Shown: piece after piece, positions 24,098 through 35,304 of the stretch
How the letters are laid out: every line of letters begins with the position of its first letter
Position numbering within the stretch: the stretch's first letter is position 1
Assembly: GCA_003693705.1 (NCBI GenBank)
Contig: RBZT01000562.1
Span: forward strand, 1 to 64,000
Length of the DNA: 64,000 nucleotides
Origin: Polymyxa betae A26-41
Lineage: Eukaryota; Protista; Endomyxa: Phytomyxea
Direction: 5' to 3'
Notes under the pieces: generated by a model
What the model was told of the DNA's origin: nothing
Database searches by the model: none
The model's input: only the letters and a program-made list of their open reading frames with translations
Program-made: the position numbers and the translations under genes

Positions 24098-25972
24098 TTA
24101 GTCCATCGTCGTCAACGTCTGCTCCAAATCCGAAATAGTGTTCGCAACGCCTTGTGGTGCCGTACTTACGCCTAACGCAGCGCCAACACCCGGCCGGAAG
24201 TTTTGATGCTTTCCTGATCTCGGCAGTCGGAATCCAGCTGCATCTCCGCTACCACCTGCGGAATCCTTGACTGTTTCGACAAAAGAGCCAGGTATTGGAA
24301 AAATATCGTGAGCAGAACGAGAAATGAACGGGTTATGAGATGTAACAACAGGCAGCGACCTGACAGTTGGCGGCAGCGCCAGCTCTCGCCGTCTCTTCAA
24401 GACGCACCATATGGTTCCGAAAGCAATCAACACAGCAGCGGATGCAGCAACGCCAGTCGTAACGATGGCCGTGGGCATGCTGTCGCCGCTAGCTGTGGCC
24501 GAGCTTGGGCACGACGATTCGGTTAAACAGATGTAATCGCCAGACTGACAACGCATTAATGGAACGCATTCGATATTGATACTAATGGGATTATAAGCCG
24601 CAGACAGTAAAGTTCCTTGACGAATCACGCTATCAGGATTCTTGATCTCTTCTCGAAACGATAACGCGATTTTTAGCCCATCAGCAAGAGCAGCGGGCGT
24701 CGATCCAGCCAGAATCGTGAATGTCAGAATGGAATCCGTTCGATTCTTTGCGGTGACATCTATCAGCACAAATCTTGATACACTCAGCAACAGAACCGTG
24801 CAGATGTCCCTGACGGCCAGGCGCGCGTCGACCCGGTTCAGCGACTGCGATCTGGAACTGACATCAAGCGCGAGAGCCACCTTCACTCGATATCCGTTCT
24901 GCAACCTATTACGATCTTGAATGTCGGGTGGCGATTGCGTCGCATAGGTCGATGTATGCAAAGCAGACTCTGATGATGCCTGAAGCGCGGTGACAAGGCC
25001 AGAGGCTGCGCCTGAAGTTGAAGGTAAAGGGCTGAGGGTTGCGCCTCCTGATAATGAAGCGGTAGAGGGAGATGAGCACCAAGCGATAAGATTCATCCAT
25101 TTCCGTTGGGTTGGGCAGGGGTCTCCATAGTGCTGGTTGTCCACTGGGATGCTGCAGGACTTTTGCCCGATGCAGATCGCTTCGACGGATACCTGCGCCG
25201 AGACCGCCTCGCATTTGGGATTTCGGGTAAATTTCGGAAACAGGCCTGTTGATCGCCCATAGGACGCGAATTCGATGTTGACGATAACTGAATCGTTGTG
25301 GGTGCACGTTAAGACCATGTTGCCATAAAACTCAAAGCTTGTTCCACCTATTAGCTGACCTTGAACATATTGCATGTTTGTCGGGTAATTATTTCCTAAG
25401 CTTCTCACTTCGTTATCGGTTAAAGCAGTGTCATAGAGAGTTGCTAGATTTAAATAGCCTTGGGCTGACGAAAGCTTCAAGGTCAAGGCGGCGTCAGTAG
25501 GTAGAGGTGGTGCAGGCGCCGACATTGTCCTGGTTTGGGATATGATTGTTGTTCCATTAGCTCGCCTCCATGCGACTTTTGCCTGGTTGTTGCTGGAATC
25601 CATTACGAATGCCATCAAAAACCAACCATCCACTGGCGGAAGTTCGCTCGTTATCGCGACCGTTTCGATGGTAGTCAATGAGGTCATATAATTAGCTGAC
25701 AGATAGATGCCTTGTGATAGGAACAGCGAAAGGAATACACCTGTGCCAGTTGTTACTGATACTATAGTATGGTCGGCATTCGAGTTCAGGTTGCTGGAAG
25801 ATAGCTGCAGCCAGAACGTCCACGAGAAAGTTGGGCCTCTGATCGATTGATAAACGTTGGCGGCCTGATGGATGCCTGGCGACAAAGCGGTCGCATTGGG
25901 GTATATGATATATTCGTTAGCGTTCGCTATTATTGCTAAATAGGCGGAAATCGTTACCAAATGTATAATCAT
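24098..25972 (-). CDS. LamG-like/SUEL-lectin type I membrane protein, paralog D (intronless, divergent)
   Basis: 624-aa ORF: signal peptide; LamG/ConA-like FSWTFWL..WFLMAFVMD..GYLN..LYDTALTDNEVRSL; SUEL FASYGR..CIGQKSCSIPV..YGDPCP..KW; S/T linker; SRFVL motif shared with A-C; TM. Confidence 0.88.
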   Translation of the reverse strand: MIIHLVTISAYLAIIANANEYIIYPNATALSPGIHQAANVYQSIRGPTFSWTFWLQLSSSNLNSNADHTIVSVTTGTGVFLSLFLSQGIYLSANYMTSLTTIETVAITSELPPVDGWFLMAFVMDSSNNQAKVAWRRANGTTIISQTRTMSAPAPPLPTDAALTLKLSSAQGYLNLATLYDTALTDNEVRSLGNNYPTNMQYVQGQLIGGTSFEFYGNMVLTCTHNDSVIVNIEFASYGRSTGLFPKFTRNPKCEAVSAQVSVEAICIGQKSCSIPVDNQHYGDPCPTQRKWMNLIAWCSSPSTASLSGGATLSPLPSTSGAASGLVTALQASSESALHTSTYATQSPPDIQDRNRLQNGYRVKVALALDVSSRSQSLNRVDARLAVRDICTVLLLSVSRFVLIDVTAKNRTDSILTFTILAGSTPAALADGLKIALSFREEIKNPDSVIRQGTLLSAAYNPISINIECVPLMRCQSGDYICLTESSCPSSATASGDSMPTAIVTTGVAASAAVLIAFGTIWCVLKRRRELALPPTVRSLPVVTSHNPFISRSAHDIFPIPGSFVETVKDSAGGSGDAAGFRLPRSGKHQNFRPGVGAALGVSTAPQGVANTISDLEQTLTTMD

Positions 25973-26959
25973 GACCAGGCCTCAGTGAATCGCCAACGAT
26001 GCATTTTGAGATTTCCGGGATGTACGGATAAGATCAAGGCACGATTTTTTCGCCCTGGGTGCGCCTTAGGAATCCACGTGCCAATAAGATATTGAGGATG
26101 ACCAGTAATAGTTCTTCCGTATGGCTAGCATTATGCAGTTCTGCGCGTGTTTCATCCAAAATGGAATTGTGCATTTTTCTCACATCATTATAGATTAAAA
26201 GTGGCTGTTTACATGTTCATTCTCATTGCTAATATTCGTAAACCCGATTCTGTAAAGCCACAGAATCGCATTGACAGCGAATTCTCTCGTTTTAATGCTA
26301 GATAAGAGAATATCAACAAGTAGCTTGCAACCCAGTTTCCGTCTTTTAAGCGAACTGGTCTACAGCGATTAGTGTCCACTGAATCGAGACCGCTCAATCC
26401 ATTGGTGTATATTTTCAGTTTATGGCACATGGAAAGTAGAAATATCACAATCAGACAGTCTTCTACCAAGGAAATTCAGAGTTTCCTTCATCAGTCAATT
26501 TTTCTGGAAAAGCATATCTTTTTATGACGGCCAATTCCGCAGAATGTTCATGGGTTGGCTTGGGGAATTTCGCTTCGCTTTGAACAGTTTTTGGACTGGT
26601 TTTTCATTCTGCAATTTAAAAATTGTCCAATACTCTTTCTACGAATCGTCTGCTTTGCTGTTTCAATCTGATACGCATGAAAAGCTTCTACATCCGATGA
26701 AACCAGAAACAACACACAGATGAATTGTCTATTGCGCTACTTCTGCCATTTGTTCCCATACTTGCATTGCGATCAGCGTCTGCGGCCTCTGTCCCAAGTT
26801 CGTCGCGATTGCATCAAATTTCTCTTTACGGTCTCTCTACAGCATTTTTGAACGGGAAAGCGGGGCCCCGGAGTCAATTGACTCAGTTGGTCACCTTGAC
26901 TCTACGAACACGGCCGTCTGCTGTCATCTGTATCAGCTCATTCATCATTGGTCTCTCTC

Positions 26960-29900
26960 ATGGTAGAGACGATCGTTATCGATTCCGATGACAGCGCGGA
27001 CGACGACGCTCTCGTCAAAGTCTATGGCTTTCACTTGCCGGCTTGTCAGGCGTCTTCTGGTCCAGCTCGGCACAAATCCTGCAAGAGACCGAACTGTCCT
27101 ATTCGTGTATTTTCGGCCAAGCATTCGGAAGGCCATGGTGGAATTTGGACTCCACCTATAGCTCAAGTATCATCAATTTTTATTGCATTTCATTGCGATT
27201 TTAGAAATTGATAGTTCTTCGTGTTAGGTTACAGCTTTGAAAACTCAGTTGAAAGAAGTAACGCCTCGTTTTCCAGCGACTTTGCCTGTTGGATTACATA
27301 ATATGGGCGCAACTTGCTATATCAATTCATTATTGCAAATGATATATGCGAATGTTCGTTTTCGTAACGCCCTCTTGGCTACCAAATGGTCGAGCCCTAT
27401 TTTGCGTCAAATGCAGCGTTTGTTTGCGGTACGTCCACATACGACCTGTATCAATCAATGTAATTGTCAATTCAGCGAATGACTTTGATCACGTCAGCTA
27501 CAATTACGCCAATAGAATTCGTCGAGTCGCTCAACATAAACAATGAAGTGCAACAGGACCTTCATGAGTTTAATAAGCTCTTACTTCAGCATATTCAGGT
27601 CCGACCTAGTCCTTTCGCCTTACGATTCTGAATCAATTTCCTAGTCCACTGCTGCACCGTTGACATTGGTTGAGGACGAGTATCACGGCCAACTTTCTTA
27701 TGTCACTGAATGCAGTGTTTGCAATAACGTGACCACTCGCAGCGAATCATTCGCAGATTTACAACTTAACCTGACTGAGTCGCTTGAGAAAAGGTTGTTA
27801 ACATTCTTCCTTGGTCCACCTATATTTTCTAAATTGTCAATAGCTTCGAAGAATTGATATCTCCTGAGGTATTACAAGGCGACAATGCATACAGCTGTGA
27901 AGTCTGCAAGGCAAAACAAATCGCTCATCGACGCTTACGGGTGGATCGTTTACCGCCTACGATCAATCTGCATCTTGTGCGTTTTATCTTCGATCGAGAG
28001 ACTTTCCGAAAAACCAAAGTAACGCATATCGTGATATTTTCCTGTAAAAATGACTTCGATTTAGTCGTTCACAAAAACTCGAATTCCAAAGTCCATTGAC
28101 TTGTCAAACTACACTTGTGATCAGTCAGACGTAGTAATTTGTTCGTCAGTGAAATTGGGTCTTAAATTTCTTAGGGCCCATTAATTTATGATTTGATCGC
28201 TGTTTTAAGGCATCAAGGTGCTTCTGCAGATTCGGGACATTTTGTTGCCGATATTCGATCAACTGATAATCAGACATGGGTAGGATCTGCTATTGTGATC
28301 GCACACGGAACTAATGTTGGTTGTAGTATAGGTTTGATGACCACAATGTCTGAGTATTCTATTGTTGTGTTGAGCAGCGTGATTTATGTCCATGCTAGGT
28401 AAGGGACGTTATTGGCGGACTGGAGACTGAGGAATCGATCAATTCAAGCAATGCCTATATGCTTGTGTACACATCTCGAAGCTCAGTGGCTGCTGAAAAG
28501 CGAAATCATTCCAGTAGTAAATCAGTAATCGATTGCGAATTAGCAGCGGAGATCGCCGAACAAAACGGAATCTTAGAAAGGAAGCATACTCGAATATCGT
28601 CCGAACTTGCACTGCTTGTATGCTCGTAATTTAATATATGCGAAATTTTGAAATGCTATTGTGTTCAGGAGCAGCGCATTGCAGAGCGCAAACGCAATGT
28701 GGAGGCCGTTTACTCTCCCGAACATTGCGTGCTACCATTAGATTCGGATGTGGAGTTTGATGAAAAAGCTGTTGCTCTTCCTATCGATTGGTTACGGGAC
28801 TGGACGCGAAATGTATCTGAGAGCCCTCTCGATTGTAGTCCAATTATATGTCCGCATGGGCGTTTAAATCCCACACAGTCCGCGTACGTAGATTATGGCT
28901 CATTTCCGCCTAACTGACTTATCAGCAGGAAGATGTCACGTATAAGCAATTCTTCATGGTCGATAATTCAAAGTTCACTCTCAGCCCCTATTTCAGTTGG
29001 CCCTTCGAAGCAGTTATGTCGACAGTGTGTCGATTATTGTGAACATCTGAACGAATTACGCTCTTTACTGCAACCATCGCAACGAGAATTGGATGTTGAG
29101 CCAAATGCCATCTGGATCAGGTAATCTTCAAATTGCTGTCGATCTTCCGCTAAGTTAACTGCTGTCAGTTCTCAATATTTTCGGGCGTTGAACGCTGCTC
29201 TTAAGAATTCCGCGCCTCTTCCGCCAGTGCAAGGCATGCAAGAAGGCGTTTTATGTGATCACGGTGGTCTGTCGCTGTCTAGAGCTGTAAGGTCTCAGCT
29301 TTTCTGAGACTTGAATCCTCAGTTTTAACAGAGCCGATCTTTGATTTCTAATGAGGCATTAACCGTTTTAACCTTTTTGCTGGGAGAAGGAGATCAGACG
29401 CTTCCGGCTCCTATTGGTCGGAACGCTGCTATCTGTATCATCTGTCAAGAGAATCGCGATCGGAATCGAGAAGAGCGGGTAGCCGATTCCAGCGCCCGCA
29501 AAAATGAACGCGGCTTGCTGAAAGATACAATCCGGCTGGGTACAAAACGTCCTCGCTCGGGGAAATATTACATTGCACCGCAAGAATGGTTGGTAGCTGT
29601 CTCGAAGTGGCCTCGCTTTCACATGAATATATTCAAGGTTTGCCTGTTGGAACGATTTTACATTGGCTGGTACGGGCAAATCTAGTTCTCCTTCGCCAGG
29701 GCCCATTCTTACTCGGTAGGATTTTGTTTAGCTTTGCGTCCCTTTTAATAACCCAGCTTTCAGGTCTTTACTTTGTGAGGATCATGGGCAGTTGTTGCAT
29801 AAACTATCATGGCCCGAATCTGACGGCCTCTTGTCTGTCGCGACTGATTCCCCATTGCGGCTTATCGCTGCTAGTGAATATCCTTTTCTCAAGTCACGAT

Positions 29901-30563
29901 ATAGTGTCTCTGGTCCTGATATACTGGTCACTTTTACCAGCAGGAGTCTGGAGCTTGATGAGTATAGGTTTTGCTATGTGATATTTTCTTCTGTTCACTT
30001 GTGCACAGTTCACGCAATCAAGATATGGAATGCTCGCATGGAGTGTGCTTTGAGTGCATTCATCTCTTGCAGCTGAAAACCCTCTCTTATAAAGAAGGAA
30101 CGATCTATATCGTAGAAGAAAAGGACGCTGAAAAAATGTAATTTATTCTAAATTTCAAGTGATAATACTGAGTGTAGTTAGGTTGCGAAGAAAACGGAGA
30201 CGTCAGAGTCGTTCCCATGTTCTTGAGCTCAAAGTCAACTCCACTGACTCGGTGGGAAATGTGAAGCTACGGATCTGGGAGCGGCTGGATGTGCATCCCA
30301 GTCGACAGACTTTGGTTAACATGGATTTCGATCCATTGCCGGATTCTTCTACTTTAGAGGTTTTGTTTTCCGATCCACAAATTAAATATATAAATGGACT
30401 TGTTCAGAAATGCGGCGTAGCCCGAGGCGCGACGTTATTCGTAAGGATTGCAGAAACCGAAGGTGATGAAGACATTGCAGTTGATATGGACAGTGCAATG
30501 GATATTATTAAGCCTGAACATCGGGCTGGCTTTGCAGGCAGTGCTCTGGAATCGTTGCTGTAA
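26960..30563 (+). CDS. Ubiquitin-specific protease, USP48/UBP26-like; many exons
   Basis: Cys box GLHNMGATCYINSLLQ, QQDLHEF, His box HQGASADSGHFVA, DUSP-like CPHG/CDHG motifs, C-terminal ubiquitin-like domain and GFAGSAL end. Confidence 0.88.
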
Positions 30564-31799
30564 AATGCACAATCAGGGGTGCAGAAGTGGTATATATCTA
30601 TCGATTTCTTCTCATTTATGCTTATAAAGTATTTAATCAGAAAACACTTGGATCAAAGTGTTGTAGCTCTTCAAGTGTTTACTGATCAATGGCAAAGTCA
30701 AAATTTAGCCCCAAAAAACTCGTCGGCTTGTTGCATAATGCATAGTGGGGCGAAAAAAATGGTTTGAGGGATAAAACACTGGAACGACTTCAAAACGTTC
30801 ATTCCCCTCTAACCCTCCTCGTGACGACCGAGGAGTAATTAAACTTGGAAGTGATCCCGACCGTGCGTCCGTGAATGATCTGACATGCAGCCAGCTTCCA
30901 CTCGGGTACCACCTCCATCACGTTAAGATGCCGGTCGCATTTGGTATCCATAGTTTCGTACCCGGCGAGATTTGGTCGCATCAAAGCTTCGGGCAGTGTC
31001 ATCATTGCTAATATTGCGAGCTAGTCTATGTTCAATATACACATCACCCAGTGCATGCGAAGTCTGGTCTCGACGTTTAGAGCCAAAAAAGGGTTTCTCT
31101 GTTGCTATGTCTCAAATTACGAACATTTCAAGGGAATTGAATTTAAGCTGTGCAAGTTTCAGAAGCTCAGTCGAAGGAAAACTGGACTTGTGCTTTCTGT
31201 AATGTTGGCGACTGGCTAAATACTCATGTTTTGCAAGTTTGTTTGCTCTGTTCAAGCACGCAATCGGATGACGGGATGGAAGCAGAGGTATACTTTCCGG
31301 GATTGGACGATAGCGAGTATTGAAATTGAAGAATGTGAGTCCTTCGTTAGTGGAGCATTTTTCTTAGTCACAGCAGGGTCGGGATGATTTCGAGCCAGAC
31401 AACTGGCGATCAAGAATTGCCGAAATCTTTCAAATTTTTCGTTATTGGGCCTGATCCAAGGCTGTGCAAGTGCAATTCCAGCATGGGCGTGATAATACAT
31501 CGTCGCCTGCGACCTATTCCTGCGGACGAATGACACAAAACGTTATGGACTGTCAACACATTTCGGATCATTCAGATTTTCTAGAAATTCTGGCAAGCTG
31601 GCAAGCCCGCCAGACAATGGAAACCCTTTACAAGGTGTTATCCTCGAAGTCTATCTGCAACAGCGTGTGACTTTGACAATTGACAATCAGGCCGCATATT
31701 GGTCTAATCATCCATTAGTTACAGCTGACCACATACTGCTGTTAAAATACGATGGGAGCTGTTAGGGTTCAATCTGATGAATTTCCATATTTGGGCGAA

Positions 31800-34553
31800 T
31801 TATGACATCTGATGATGATTGTCGGCGACCTTCTTGCACATGTACATGTTCACATCGCGCGTGATGCCGAACAACGCTTTATGGACGATGCCGCCGCCGA
31901 ACGGAAACACCCGGACCCAGCCCCGACGCCTCTCATACTCCTGCTGGCTCTCCAAGCTCAACAGCTCGTGCATCATGGCCGCATCCGCTTTGTTCCTGCC
32001 TCGCAGCCAATACGAAGGCGACGCCGCCCGATACCGCGTCGCTTCGGGCGCCGGCGTTCGATCTTGCCTCAGGCCAACCATGTTCAGCAGGTCGGCCAGT
32101 ACGGTCGACTTCACCTTGTAGTCCAGAGGCGTATCGCTGGTCAGCGACGGATGCCCATTCACCTCCAGCAGCCACGGCCGTAGAGTCGCATCCAGCAGAA
32201 TATCGAACCTAACAACCGTTTTCGTCATCGTTGCGATACGAGTCGTACTGGCCGTCGCAAACCCTAGCAAGCAGAAACAGGCGTCGCGGACGTGAACGTT
32301 CTGATGGATGGCGTAAACGACCTGATCCTCGATGGCGACGATGGTCTTGATGATGACCTGGTGGATATCGTGGAAGACGGTGTGGTCGTTAACGCCTCGT
32401 TGGCGAAGATGCCGGCGCAGGGCGGTCAGCGACCATTTGTGGCCGTTATCGTCGTCGTCGGCGTCGTTGTTGTGGACGAACGCGGCGCTGTTCTTGTTGA
32501 TCGAGTAGTTGGTCAGGTGAACGAACGGGTTCGAGAGAGAGGCATCGCTCATGGAGAACGGCTCGGTGGCGAACCGCAACAATCCCTGATTATGTTCAGA
32601 ACATGATTGGACAGAGGGAGACATCATCGAGACCTCCTCATGGACGTAGATTCGCAGCGGATCGACTGACGTGACGGCGACGTACAGACGAATATCAAAC
32701 TTTCGCCCTGTTTGGAGATGTCAGACGATTTCAAACTTCAATTTAAAAACTGCGCGGTAAAAATTGTGAATTCATTAACTGCGTCAGTCAAAATCGAAAA
32801 CCATGCGCCCCAAGAGAACTTTTTTATCGCACAATAAAAACGAATGGCAAATTCACAACTGCGTCAGTGGCAAATCACAACAATTGCGCTTTAAGAGAAC
32901 TTTTTCACCGCGCATTTGAAAAAAAAAAACAACGCAAATTGATAGACTGCGTCAGTCAAAGCCAAAACAATCGCGCACAAAGAGAACTTTTTCGCCGCGC
33001 AAATAATGCCATGTGCCCATATCGATCAATACCTTGAATGAGATAAGGATGGGCGATATATCTGGAGACGACCAGATGAGAATTGTGAGGGATATCGGTT
33101 AGCTGCCGTGTGACGAATATGCCCCGGCCCTGGCAGGAGGCATGCGGCTTCACAATCCAGGCCGATGTCCGATGATTCAGGCTATGATAGGTTCGATCGA
33201 GCTTGTCGGCGTCCTACTCGCGACCGTTAGATGCAGGCGTCGATCAGGCGACGATTTGAGTACCGTCGGCAGCAGGAACGTTTCTGGAATGAAGCAATAC
33301 GGGTTCCCAGCAGCATGATGATCCTGCATTCTCGCCACGTTGATGAACAACGAATCCTTGCGCGTGATTTGCTCCAATAGCGGAAACCGGTTCACTTTCT
33401 GCCCTGAATCTTCTCATTACCATCGAGCATTCATTATAAAAGCAAGAAAAATAGGGAAAAATGTTCAACACAGTCCAAGAAATGCAAAAAATCGAGAAAA
33501 AGTTGAACGCTTTTTTTGTTAATTTCTGTACCTGGACGAAGGTGACGGAAGATCTCAATACGAATTGGAGAGCGGCCGCCGATCCAATACAGATCCCAGC
33601 TGTTCCCTGAACGAAGGCGACGGAACCCGGCCTGTTGCAGAATCTGGCGCAGAATGCGATTATCGCCTAAACAGGATCGCGTTCAGCGACGTCAGATTTG
33701 GCAGATGCCGCCGCCCTACCTGGCATCTTGTAGTACAGAATCGGCGGCAGATTCGTTGCTGGCGGCGGCTCCGAGCCGGGCAACGAAAACGGCCGCGAAC
33801 GACGCCGAGGTCGGGCGCTCCGGGTTCGAACGCATTCGTGTTCGTTGCAGCATTCGTGCTCGTCGCCGTCGTCGTCGTCGGCCAAGCTTCGCATCGGACG
33901 CAGGAACTGAACCGTCTCGGAGCGATTCTCGCAGATCTGGGCGACTTCTGAAAGGCGCTCGTTCAGAACCGATCGAAGGCGTTTGCAGCCGTACTTTCCG
34001 CCGCCTCTGCCAGAATCGAGCAATCTCGTCGTCGTTTCACGACCGAGATCGGCCTGTTGATTGGCGTCGCTGTTGGCCTTCCTGGAGGCATTCGCGATCG
34101 ATTCGGCGTTTTCTGCCTGCAGATGGGTTGAGAGAAGGAGCGGATTTGTTGCTGCAATGGTACATGTTGGGCGATGACAAATGGATGGGAGGCGGTGTGG
34201 ATTCGGCGGCGGCCAGATAATCGAGGCGACCGGACGCCCGGCTCCATTGATGGTAATGACGATTAATCAGCGTCTGCTTGGCGTGCCAATGGACCTGTTT
34301 GCGATGCTGCACTCCGGGTCGATGCCGAGCCGGGCCCGAATCTGTCTTCGTTATGAATTCAGTATTGGCAGCTGACTGTTATGTTACCATCCAGCGCCTT
34401 CATGATCCGTTTCAGCTGCTCGCGGGCCAGCTGCTCCTGGCGCTGGACCGTCTCTTCGCCCAGCAGCGGCGGCCACTCGTCGCCGGTCGTACTGGACTCG
34501 ATCAGCGTCTCGAGATGGTTGCTGAGCCGGGCTCGCATCTCCGATAACGACAT
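31800..34553 (-). CDS. Tubulin-tyrosine-ligase-like polyglutamylase (TTLL4/5-like); 5' end uncertain (34359-34553 may be a separate small gene)
   Basis: QKVNRFP..ITRKD, FIPETFLLP, WIVKPHASCQGRGI, YI.HPYLI.GRKFDIRLYV, RFATE, HLTNYSINK, LLGFDILLD..LRPWLLEVN..PSL. Confidence 0.85.
32749..33005. repeat. 80-88-bp degenerate tandem repeat (3 copies plus a partial) filling TTLL intron 32708-33032
   Basis: ACTGCGTCAGT at 32778, 32858, 32946, each followed about 30 bp later by AAGAGAACTTTTT. Confidence 0.88.
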
Positions 34554-34626
34554 GACGAACGTTGCCAATATTGTTTCACCCCCGATCTCGGCGGGTACTC
34601 GGTTTTGATCCGGGGTCCTGGACCGA

Positions 34627-35061
34627 ATGATGGAGGTCCAGCACGACCGACTCCAGCGCCATTATCGGGACAGTATTCGGCAGAGGCTGCAACAGAAGCT
34701 CTCCGCCGTCGAATTGAGGAAGTCGTCGGCGGCCCAGACCATCGCCAACGATTGCCGAAACGACGCGATGTTGCTCAGCCCGACGATCCGCAGCTTCTCC
34801 GATCGCAACCCGCCGGAGGATGGACAGTACGACCATGCCCCTGCGATCGCCAGTCAACGCGAAGCGGAATCGACTGTTCCAAGAGACGAAATTAAGGAGC
34901 CGGATAGCCAGGGAACTGTAACAGCGAAGACAGGAACAGAGGCGATCAATGATAAGAAGCAGCTGCTGGTTGAAAGAAGTCCAGCGCATCTCGTCGTTAT
35001 CGCTGTATTGCAGGCATTGATCATCTTTCTGCTGGTTTTTTACATAATCAGATTCAGATAA
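34627..35061 (+). CDS. Hypothetical tail-anchored membrane protein
   Basis: 144-aa ORF ending in hydrophobic LVVIAVLQALIIFLLVFYII + RFR. Confidence 0.55.
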   Translation: MMEVQHDRLQRHYRDSIRQRLQQKLSAVELRKSSAAQTIANDCRNDAMLLSPTIRSFSDRNPPEDGQYDHAPAIASQREAESTVPRDEIKEPDSQGTVTAKTGTEAINDKKQLLVERSPAHLVVIAVLQALIIFLLVFYIIRFR

Positions 35062-35304
35062 AGCGGATGGAATTTCTTGCCAATCAAAACAGGATTATCC
35101 AGATGGCATCTCACATTTTACCAAGAACAATAGATGCTGAAAGAGATGCAGAAACAAGCACGAAAAACTGCTCGAGAAAAGGCACAATGACAAGAGCGAG
35201 TGTACTGATCATTCGAGGTGGATCTTTATAGAATGAAAATGTGTCAAATGAAACATCGTATAATTTGGTAATGGCATAAAGGCGATAGTAATCGTGAGAC
35301 AGTC

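Noticed and set aside
30780-31700. Short ORFs and an ATGATGA C-box-like motif as snoRNA or TE relic
   Set aside because: No matching D box/terminal stem or recognisable protein motif.
32749-33005. CRISPR-like repeat-spacer array
   Set aside because: Eukaryotic intron; the spacers are homologous to each other; no cas genes.
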